DNA of 64,000 nt from Chlorokybus atmophyticus (taxonomy: Eukaryota > Plantae > Mesostigma and Chlorokybus algae), in contig RHPI01003516.1 in assembly GCA_009103225.1 (NCBI GenBank), positions 148,062 through 212,061 of the forward strand. Reading direction: 5' to 3'. The translations under genes were made by a program, and so were the position numbers. The notes beneath the pieces were generated by a model. That model had not been told where the DNA came from. It saw only the letters and a program-made list of their open reading frames with translations, and searched no databases. Positions 12,790-23,100 of the stretch are shown here, in pieces; within the stretch, counting starts at the first letter, position 1; each line of letters begins with the position of its first letter.

Positions 12790-14060
12790 AACACCTTTGC
12801 CGCAAGGCCACTGAGGGGTTATGCCCAAGGCTGCCCCAGCGGCTTGCAGCAAACACCTTTTTGCCGCAGCACATGCAAGGCCACTGAGGGGTTATGCCCA
12901 AAGCTGCCCCAGCGGCTTGCAACAAACACCTTTTGTGCCGCAGCACAGGTAAGGCCACTGAGGGGTTATGCACAAGGCTGCCCCAGCGGCTTGCAGCCAA
13001 CACCTTTTTGCTGCAGCACAGGTAAGGCCACTGAGGGGTTATGCACAAGGCTGCCCCAGCGGCTTGCAGCCAACACCTTTTTGCCGCAGCACAGGCAAGG
13101 CCACTGAGGGATTATGCACAAGGCTGCCCCAGCGGCTTGCAGCAAACAACTTTTGTGCCGCAGCACAGGTAAGGCCACTGAGGGGTTATGCACAAGGCTG
13201 CCCCAGCGGCTTGCAGCCAACACCTTTTTGCCGCAGCACAGGCAAGGCCACTGAGGGATTATGCACAAGGCTGCCCCAGCGGCTTGCAGCAAACAACTTT
13301 TGTGCCGCAGCACAGGTAAGGCCACTGAGGGGTTATGCACAAGGCTGCCCCAGCGGCTTGCAGCAAACACAGCACGCACAGCACGCACACACATGCATGG
13401 CATGCACAAGGAAGCACGGCATGCACGTGTCTGCTTTGTAGCCGCTAGCGCTCCAGCATCGCCGCCGCCGCCGCCGCCGACATTGCCTAAAACCTGCATG
13501 CGAACTGGCTGCTGTAACTCCAAAACCCTAAGTCCATGACCTAAGTCCATAGACCTAAAGCGATCGGCCATCGCTGAATGGTAGCTGTTTACCTGTACAT
13601 GTAGATCACACACCGTAGTTAACCAACAGTAGAATCAAAAATGGAGCAAGGAAATGACTCTTGAGAGACACAATGCTAGCGCAAGCACACAGAAAGAACA
13701 CCTTTTTGCTGCAGCACATGCAAGGCCACTTAAGGGTTATGCACAAGGTTGCCCCAGCGGCTTGCAGCAAACACCTTTTTGCCGCAGCACAGGCAAGGCC
13801 ACTGAGGGGTTATGCCCAAGGCTGCCCCAGCGGCTTGCAGCAAACACCTTTTTGCCGCAGCACAGACAAGGCCACTGAGGGGTTATGCACAAGGCTGCCC
13901 CAGCGGCTTGCAGCCAACACCTTCTTGCCGCAGCACAGGCAAGGCCACTGAGGGATTATGCACAAGGTTGCCCCAGCGGCTTGCAGCAAACCCCTTTTTG
14001 TCGCAGCATAGGTAAGGCCACTGAGGGGTTATGCACAAGGCTGCCCCAGCGGCTTGCAGC
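12790..14060. repeat. Tandem array A: 13 units of 73-74 bp in two blocks (8+5); core GAGGGGTTATGCACAAGGCTGCCCC
   Basis: Cores at 12813, 12886, 12960, 13033, 13106, 13180, 13253, 13327, ~13731, 13804, 13877, 13950 and 14023. Confidence 0.95.
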
Positions 14061-14509
14061 AAACACAGCACGCACAGCACGCACACACACACACACACAT
14101 GCATGGCATGCGCAAGGAAGCATGGCATGCACGTATCTGCTGTGTAGCCGCTAGCGCTCAAGCATCGCCGCCGCCGCCGCCGATGACGACGACCTTGCCT
14201 GCGCCGCCGCCGCCGACTTGCCTAAAATCTGCATGCGAAATGGCTTCTGTAACTCCAAAACCCCAAGTCCATGACTTTGCTTATGGTTTTGGAGTTACGT
14301 ACGGTTGTGAGCGACGTGGGCGGCGGAGTTGGGTTGGTGTCGTGGGCTGGCGCTGTGCTTGCTTAAGTACTTGCATCTTTGTTATTGGGTGCGCAATTCG
14401 CGGCGTGGAGCAGTCTTGCAGTGCGGCGGCTTGCTCCAGGGTTTTGACAAATGTGCAACAAGGTGCAGAAAACTCCGTGCTTGTTTCTGTTTGCATAAAT
14501 GCTTGTTTG

Positions 14510-15080
14510 TGCACAGGGGCGACCTCGTGCTTAAGGCCTCGTGTTTGTGGTTGCAAGAATGCTTGTTTGTGCACAGGGGCAGCCTCTTGCTTAAGGCCTC
14601 GTGTTTGTGGTTGCAAGAATGCTTGTTTGTGCACAGGGGCAGCCTCGTGCTTAAGGCCTCTTGTTTGTGGTTGCATGAATGCTTGTGCTGGTTGGTGCAG
14701 AGGGGCGGCCTCGTGCATTAAGGCCACTTGTTTGTGGTTGCATGAATGCTTGTGCTGGTTGGTGCACAGGGGCGGCCTCGTGCTCAAGGCCTCTTGTTTG
14801 TGGTTGCAAGAATGCTTGTGCTTGTTTGTGCAGAGGGGCGGCCTCGTGCTTAAGGCCTCTTGTGGTTGCAGGTATGCTTGTGCTGCTCTGGTTGGTGCAC
14901 AGGGGCGGCCTCGTGCGTTAAGGCCTTTTGTTGGTGTTCCTCTTTGTGCTTGTTGTTTTGCTGAAAACACCAGAGCAGCCTGAGAAGCTTGAGGCAACTT
15001 AGTCCGACGAATGAATGCTTGTGCTGGTTGGTGCACAGGGGCGGCCTTGTGCTTAAGGCCTCGTGCGTTAAGGCCTCTTG
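14510..15080. repeat. Tandem array B: 8 units of 60-67 bp; core GGGGCRGCCTCGTGCTTAAGGCCTC
   Basis: Cores at 14516, 14576, 14636, 14702, 14769, 14835, 14902 and 15038. Confidence 0.95.
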
Positions 15081-15287
15081 TCTGTGTTCCTCTTTGTGCT
15101 CGTCGTTTTGCTTAGTGGCTTACTAGGTTGTTCATCATGCCTGCCAAGCGCAAACTGGTTCGTATTGGAGACCAGCTGCCTGCAGGTAACTTTGTGATGT
15201 TTTAGCTTCTCAGCTCCAATCTCATATTTCTCATGAATTACATGCTTGCTCATACTGGTGCTCAACATGTATGCCCATTCTCAACAG

Positions 15288-17708
15288 AGAAGAAGATGAA
15301 AACACCAGAGCAGCCTGAGAAGCTTGAGGCAACCCAGTCCGACGAAGACGTCGTGGCTAAAGCAAAAGCTTATTATAAAGCGTTATTCAGACAGTGGAAA
15401 AGTGCCAGACGGACCAAGAAGCGCGACGTGATCTCATGGCCATGATCCATGGGACAACATGGTGCTCGACATCAAGGTAGCTCTGCAGAACAGCATGGAC
15501 TACTGCGCGCTCGATGATGATTCAAAGATGGAGTTATACAAATTCTTGGTGAAGGAGCTCACTCAATGTGATAAGAAGGCAGCAGCTGGCGGCATAGACC
15601 TGGGGGACTTCGTCGACAAACCTGAAGCTAGCCCTTCAACCTCGCGCACTCACATTTGGGAGTCTGGTTTGCCTGCTGAATAAACGGGTGCTGAGAGAAG
15701 GCTGGGTGGGTTGTTGAAGGAGAAAGGCCTGCGTGTGTTTAATGCCTATGGTGATGGGAATTGCATTTACTACTGCATTGCCCAGTCGCGCCCCACCATA
15801 AACGCTGGATGCCTGCAGCACGAGAAAGCACTTGACAAAGAGGATTTTGGGCGCAGCATTGTGCTGGACAAAGGACGAGAGCTGCCACTCGCAGTGCAAG
15901 CAGTCAAGCCATGCAAGTTGTGTGCCAAGCAGGTCAACCTTGATTGGTTGAAGAAGTTTCGCAACTACCTAGCTTCAGACATGGGCAAGGACTACGAGCA
16001 TTGTGCTGCAAGATTGCATTTGGAGGAGCATATCAAGAACGATGATGATAAAGGCGTTATTGCTCTATCCAAATTGATTGCTCACAAGACTGTTTATGCA
16101 GATGAACTGCACTTGGCTTTTATGGCGCAAATGCTCGGCATTCGCATCGGCACATTGCAGAATATTGCAGATGCAGCTGGCAGGTACTGCTTAAACGGAA
16201 AAATTGGGCGCACTTTTCGAGGGTGCAGATGGGAGCTACTTCCAAACAACCACCAACAAAAAAGGTAAACAAGAACGGAAGTACGTGAAACCGGTCATGC
16301 TGCTTGGCGAGGATGTTGATGACCCGGCCGGTCATGTGATCATTGGCAATACGAGTCCGGGCTCGAAGGAGGCGCATTACTTGTCCATTGGTGATCACAG
16401 TGGCAAGCTCTCCTAGGAGTTTGGTGACATGCCATCAGAAATCAGCCATTTCCTTTACCCCAATGGTTTGCCAACATCAGCGCTCAGCGCAAACTCTGCG
16501 CCTCTCCATACGCCCTCGTCTTGCAGTAGACCCCCTGTGCAGGAAGCTGAGGGCCAGGCCAAGCAGGAAGCCGAGGCGGAGGCCAAGCAGAAAGCTGATG
16601 CCGAGGACCCTGCAGCCAAGGCAAAGCAGGAGGCCGAGCACAGGGCCAAGCAGGAACCTGATGCCAAGGCAAAAGCCAAGCAGGAAGCTGCTAAAGCCAA
16701 GGCCAGGCAGGAGGCAGAGACCAAGGCAGCTGATGGTAAAGCCAGGCAGGAGGCTGCTAAAGCCAAGGCCAGGAAGGATGCTACTGCTAGGGGCAAGCAG
16801 GTACTAGTACTCCGGATGTACGGATGAACATGGTCCACATGTCTGCGCATAGTCCACGTGGAACTAAGCGTGATGCTTTGCAGGTTGATGAGGAGGCTGA
16901 GGCTGCTGGGGATGTTCCTTCCGACAGTTCCGACAGCAGTGCTCCAGCACCCGCCACCAAAAAACAAAAGTCGACGCCAACAAGCGGCCAAGAGCAGACA
17001 TGCAGCCACTTTGCACGGGGCAAGTGCTGATTCGGCAATCGCTGCAAATTTTCACATGCTGTTGAGAAAGAGCAAACATGCAGTTACTTTGCGCGTGGCA
17101 AGTGCTTGTTTGGCAATCGCTGTAAATTTTCTCACGCTCCACAAATGGCCACCACGCATGCCAGCGCTGTTGAGAAACTGCATCAGCTGCAGCAGGGCAC
17201 TCGTACAGTGCAAGGGTTTCACAAGGAGTTTGCACCGTTGTGCATTGTTGCAAAGGTGCCTGAGGCTCTCAAAGTAGAGCTGTTGCTGAAGGGACTTCGA
17301 AAGGAGGTGTTCATTGGGGTCCGAAAGGGTCCTTGCAATCGAGATTGGCGGGGTGATCAGTTCACCCACCTCGTGCTTGAAGCCCGACAGTTTGAACATT
17401 CCCTGCGTGATATCCAGGATGCAGGCAAGCTCAATCGCAATACCTTTGCGCCAGGCAAAATATCTCGTCATAACATGCAGAAACTGGATCGCCTGGAGCG
17501 CACCGCAGGCCGAAGGCAGAGCAGGAAGCTGGCCATGAAACTTCACCATAAGCGCGAGCGGGAATTGATCGCCGAGCAGCCGACACCTGAGCAGCAGCTG
17601 TTCGAACAGCGGGAGGAGGAGCGGCGAAAGAAACGAGAGCACTGTCAGAAGGAGAAGGAGCAGCGGAAGCAGCGGCAAGAGCAGAAGCAGCAGCAGCAGC
17701 AGCAGTAG
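15288..17708 (+). pseudogene. OTU-like cysteine protease - Ala/Lys/Glu-rich linker - 2x CCCH zinc finger - Gag-like helical region - coiled coil
   Basis: LRVFNAYGDGNCIYYCIAQ, ADELHLAFMAQMLGIRI and AHYLSI (OTU). CSHFARGKC*FGNRCKFSH and CSYFARGKCLFGNRCKFSH. One intron at ~16801-16883. Stops at 15681, 16414 and 17028, plus two frameshifts. Confidence 0.75.
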
Positions 17709-17946
17709 CAGTGAAGCACTACACGCCTTGCAGGTTTTTATATACACCTTGCATCAGGCACATAATTGTTGGCATTGCTGTTATTGACATTTACTGTTGC
17801 AGTGCCTGTGCATCTTGGCATTGACAAACAACACTTTGTCTGTTCGTCATACCAACAAGTGTGCTGCAAGTCATCATTACTACACTCTGACCATCTCAGT
17901 AAAATGGTGCATAGTCCACTATGAAGCCCATGGCCTCTAGCAGCAG

Positions 17947-18189
17947 TCAACCTACATGCTCAGAGTAAGCAGGTGGAATTGCATTTCTTATTTCATGTTC
18001 TTCTTCCATCCAGTCAACCTGCATTACTGACTGCCATTGTGCAACCGTGCCACGACAGGATGCCTGGCCATACACCGGGTAGATCTGCCTCTCTCCAGGT
18101 TGCAATTGCTTGCGCTGTTCCGTGTGGGTGGACAGCTCTCCAAGGGCAGAGTCAGCGTGGCTGCATCTCAAGTCTGAGCGTAGCGGGGG
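17947..18189 (-). pseudogene. 3' part of the CACTA-borne C5 DNA methyltransferase gene (detached by the chromovirus insertion)
   Basis: PPLRSDLRC...QSVMQVDWMEEEHEIRNAIPPAYSEHVG*; motif IX/X-type end; in frame with the 5' part at 38821 onward after removing the insert. Confidence 0.88.
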
Positions 18190-18831
18190 TGTAACGATGC
18201 TCGTGCTCACATACACAGCACACAAGTCATACAACACATGTGTGCAGCTGAGCACAATCTTCACACCGGAACCTTGCCTTCACTCGCGCACGCACGCACG
18301 CGTCGAGCGCGCACACGCACACGAACACTACTACTTCTCACGCCAAGCAAGAACGCAGCAGTGTGCCTTGGACCACAACTCCCTCAAGCATGCACCAGCA
18401 TACTCACAGCAGAGAGCAGAAAACAAAGTTGGTTGCATTACACAGGGTTTTTCTATTTATACAAGCACTAGGAAGAAATAGCCTAATTAACAGGCATTTC
18501 ATTATTCACTACCAAATCTAAAGGCAGGTCCAAGTGCAGGCTCCCCGCCACGCGCGTTGGGCCTTCGGCGGCTGTGTGACTGTGCAGTCCGCGTCACCTG
18601 GCACTGCACAGCGCGTGTCCAGTCAGCGGCTGTGTCACAACCGCGTGGCAGGTGGGTCACGTCGCCGAATTAGCTGCTGTCGAGCAGGTCGCAGGCGAGT
18701 CGCGCGCGGCAGCACAGGCAGGCGCCACATGGGCTTAATAAAGCTCATAAAAGCCCTCATCAAGCCAGCAAAAAAGGCAAAATAAGTACTTTATGTACAA
18801 TAAAATACAAAAAATGCCCCAGGCTGTTACA
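18190..18831 (-). repeat. 3' LTR of the chromovirus (642 bp); PPT at 18832-18848
   Basis: TG...CA ends; near-identical to 38181-38820; purine tract adjacent on the minus strand. Confidence 0.95.
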
Positions 18832-18834
18832 CCC

Positions 18835-19304
18835 CTTCCCCCCCGGGGGAGCTTCGTCCTCGAAGCTGACGACTGCCTCCTCTGGCCTTGTAATGTTGCA
18901 AGACCTGTTTGGCATTGGTAAAGCTCTCCTCGGGCTGGTATGTCGCCTCGTGCATTGGATAGCCACGCCACTTCACCAAATACTTGCGCACGCCTCGGAT
19001 CAGCTTGTCCGTGACATTGCTTCCACTTCCCACTCAGCCTCACCTTCACGAACCACATCTGGAGGCGGACGAGCTGGTGGCTCCCCTCAATAACTTTTAA
19101 GAAGCGAGACATGAAAAACAGGGTGCACATGCATGGTATTGGGCAGCTCCAGCTTGTAGGCCACCTTCGAGATGACCTTGATCACTTTAAAGGGCCCAAA
19201 CCATCGCTCACTCAGCTTGCGCACCCCCGTGACCAGCTGCACATGCTTGGTTGAAAGCATTACAAGGTCACCCTCCTCGAACACAACATCCTTGCGACGC
19301 GCAT
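18835..19304 (-). pseudogene. pol: Chromovirus integrase C-terminus (GPF/Y) and chromodomain, degenerate
   Basis: ERWFGPFKVIKVISKVAYKLELP, HPVFHVSLLK, EWEVEA, KYLVKWRGYPMHEATYQPEE; one stop and one frameshift. Confidence 0.9.
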
Positions 19305-20168
19305 TGTCATGCCATCTACCCTCGCATGCCAGTTCTTCTCAAGCATGCCTACACCCAGCCCCACGCCCGGGCTACCAGCATGAAGACCGCGCGAGCCCCA
19401 GCCTACTGCTAGCTACTGTATCACTCATGTAGCATGTAGCTAGGGCTACTTTATAGACCTGTCTGTAGGGACCGCGCGTAGCTGATCAGTTGTAAGTCTG
19501 TCAATCACGCATGTGCTATATCAAGTCTTAGGAGATTTCCGAAATAGCATGAGGCCTCGATGTGACCGTTGGCCTAGTGCCCGCGTGGCACTGCACAGTT
19601 ATGATTTGACATGTATAAGTAGGAAGTCACGTCACCAGACTGGCTGGTGACACTGTAAGTGAGTACTGTGAGTACTAGGAGTACTAAGAAGTAAAGACTC
19701 TGTTTCTAAAGAGCTTGTAAAGCGACTTGAACTGGAAGCACGCTGCCCCGGTTGCCAAGAATTCCCTTACTGCGTGAGACACGGTGCATGCTCTTGTGCG
19801 CTGTGCCTGCCATTGCTGTGAGCTTGACGGTGGTGTGTTGTTTCAGTAGTCAGGGTGTTGTATCCACGTGTTGCACACTCATTCACCTCACTTAACAGTG
19901 TATCATTCTATCCACTCATGCAAAGAACTGTGTCCACAGCACTACCTATCGTAGTGGCTTGTTGACTTACAGTGTCACCCTCTTTGCACAAGTGAGTGTG
20001 TTGCAATCTGCATCAGATAGTGCAGTCTGCACCCAGGGATACATCGCTGGGCATTCGTTATCATTGTCATCACATAGTGCGCACAAGCACTAGTGTGTTG
20101 GGTGGTAACAGCATCAGGATAGACGGTAGAGCACAAGCACTCTACCCTTTCACCTCTGGACCAGCTGT

Positions 20169-23100
20169 ATGAGCAGGCCCACCCCGTTCTCCCCAATAGA
20201 CGAGGGTGACCTCAGCAGTTGGAGCCCAACCACCAACCTCACCTACGAGCGGACCAGTGACGGAAGCATCGACCGCAGCAGCAGAGGCTCGCGCTCCATC
20301 TCCAGCTTCACCCCGCTCCACTCTACTCCTCGTCATCCAGCTTCTCCACTATCATCGGACAGCGACGACAACGAGATGGAATCTTCCAGTTCAACCACAT
20401 CCCTGCGCTTCTCCGGACGTGCCGGCACCACCTCGCTGGATGAGTTCATCATCAAGTTCCACTCCAAGATGCGGCAGCAAGCACTGAAGAACAAAGACTG
20501 GTCAGATGAGATCTCTTTCCACATTGCTGCTCAGTATCTTGATCATGAAGCACACGATGTCTGGAAGTCCGTTGCTGAACTGCATCGAGTAGACGGCTAT
20601 GGCGAGCTTGCCAGCACCATAGCATCTGCATCCCTGCACCGTCCAGCAGGTGTCATTCCACCTGCCACTTCAGTTGCAGTAACAGGCTTGACCATAGCTG
20701 CAGCTCTCAAGCAGGCAGAGGAGGAGGAACCAGAGTTGGTACTTGTCAACTTGACCCCTGCAGAAGTTGAGTCCAAGGAGGCCACACGTCGAGTCCGCAT
20801 CCTTGACCGTTCTGCCAGCATCATTGAGGAACAAAGAGCTGTACAGCAAGCGGCAGCCGCAGAGTGGGGTACTCCTCTACCTCCAGCAACACCTGGCTCT
20901 CGTGCAGGAGGCATCACTTTCACCCTCGGGTCAGTAGCACTGCGCGCACCAGCCATCACCGTAGGTGCTGCCATCTCTGATTCTCCACTCAAGGACCTGT
21001 ACGCTGCCCTGCGCCGTACCTTCCCTCCTCAGACCACCAGCAAGGTTGAGGAACTGAGACGCTTCCGACGCAAGCCTCATGAGGATCCCCTCCGCTTGTA
21101 CTCCAGACTGGAAGGTCTGCTGAAGGACACTGACTACAAGATTGTCAGTGAGGAGGCTGCTGCAGTGATATACGTCAATGAGTTGGATGCTGCTCTGAGC
21201 GAGTCGACACGCCTGACTCTGAACTACAGCAGGCCCCTTGGCTACACCCTCAAAAAAGCCTTCGAGACTGCACAAGCCATCCACAAGCGCTTGGTGTATG
21301 AGAAGGCTGTGCTGGACACCAACCGCAGCGCCGTACGGCCTGTAGTCAGCACGACAACTGAGCCTCCTCGCCGCGACCGTGGCCGGGACGCTCCACCAGC
21401 ACGCGACAAAGGGAAACGGTCAGCTCATGCTGCACTTGCTGCCCCTGTGCTGTGTCATCGCTGTGGACGGCATGGGCACTACCAAAAGGAGTGCACCGAT
21501 GAATACTCAACTTTAGTTTGCGACCACTGTCACAAGACTGGTCATTTGGAGTCAGTCTGCTGGCTCAAGTTCCCAGAGTTGAGGCCCGCCAACAGCTACA
21601 ACCACCCTGCCAACAACTTCAGTGGCTACAACAGCAACAACACTGGGGGCCACACTGGCAACCACTTCAGTGGCTACAATAGCAACAACACTGGGGCCCA
21701 CAACAGCAACAACGCCAGTGTTCGCAAGGAAGAGCAAGGCTACAGGGGGAAGAACAGACCTCCTCAGCGTAAGGGACCAGAGACACGTCCGCGCGCTGCT
21801 GCTGTTGCCGCCAAGGCTTCAGCCAACCCACCAGCTGATGACCATATGGCAGCCCTCATGGCGCGTATGGCACGCTTGGAGGAAGACAAGGAGCAGGACT
21901 ACCGCGCCTGCTACACTGCCCGATGGGCGCTGATGGCTGCAAAACGCGAGAGAGACAGGAACACTCCGTCCCGCGTGCAACCATCACGACGAGCACGAGG
22001 GGAAGCTGCAACAACATCAGCAGGCACCTCCTCCGAAGCCACCAGTGGTGCTGCCTCCGCAGCAACAGCCACACCGGCTACAACGTCGACTCCACCAATG
22101 TCACCAGCACCCACTCCAGTTGCACCACAACCTGGTACACCGATGGGCACCGTGACGCCGACGCTGGTGAGCACACTGGCAGCAGCCGCCATTTCTACCG
22201 AATCTGCACCATTGGGCGGTGCACTTCCCACTGCCGCAGTGCCTCTCTCCGTAGGCGTTGAGACAACTCTCGCACCACCGACCGATACCGTCACAACTGC
22301 CACAATTGCCATCGTCGAGCCCGCTGTCTCTGCAGCGACGCGCGCAGCCACTCTGCCCGCTCTCGACATCACTCAGGCTGTCCCAACTGGTCCGCAAGCT
22401 GAGCGAGCATGGGAAACCATCCTGCGCGAAGCAGACCCCACTACCATGGCCTTCGGTCGGGGGGGGGAGCGCACCACACGTGTCGCCCGCAATGATCGCG
22501 TCTTCCCGTTACCAGAGGTTCAGACCCTTCCAGCACTCACTCAACACCAGTTAGAAGATGAGATCCTTGCTGGCACTGCACCTCCGGTGCGTGACAGGGT
22601 GTTTTTAATCAGCTACAGCCCACCTGTAGTGTTGGAGTTGGCTCTGCAGCTGTTCTGGGCGTTGCACAACAACATGCAGACCGCCCCGCGCCAGCCTGCA
22701 CGCATGCCAACCACCACCTTTGAACCCAGCCCGTAAGACACGTATCGGGACCGCCGAGACGCCGTCCAGCAGCGCATCGCCGCCGCAGCCGACCTGCCTT
22801 TGGGCACTGATGAAGCACTCGGACCTCCTACAATCGCTCGTCTTCATCAGCGCTACCACGCACTGGAACAAGCATATCATTGGCGACAGGATCAAGCTGC
22901 CGCCATTGCTGCACGTGAACAAGCTCTTGAAGCTACACGTGCACCAATACCTTAGTCACCAACTGCTGGTCCATCCTCCAGCACCACTCCGCTCTTCGTC
23001 GAGACCAACTCTAACCAAGCGAGGGCGTTGGCTCAACAAACCAGGGGGGTGATCGCCCCGTTGCTGCCTGCGCTGGTGGAGGATCTACCTGAGGACCAAA

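Noticed and set aside
12767-15036. Many overlapping ORFs up to 309 aa
   Set aside because: By-products of stop-poor tandem repeats open on both strands
12790-15080. CRISPR-like arrays
   Set aside because: Units are near-identical along their whole length with no unique spacers, there are no cas genes, and the context is eukaryotic
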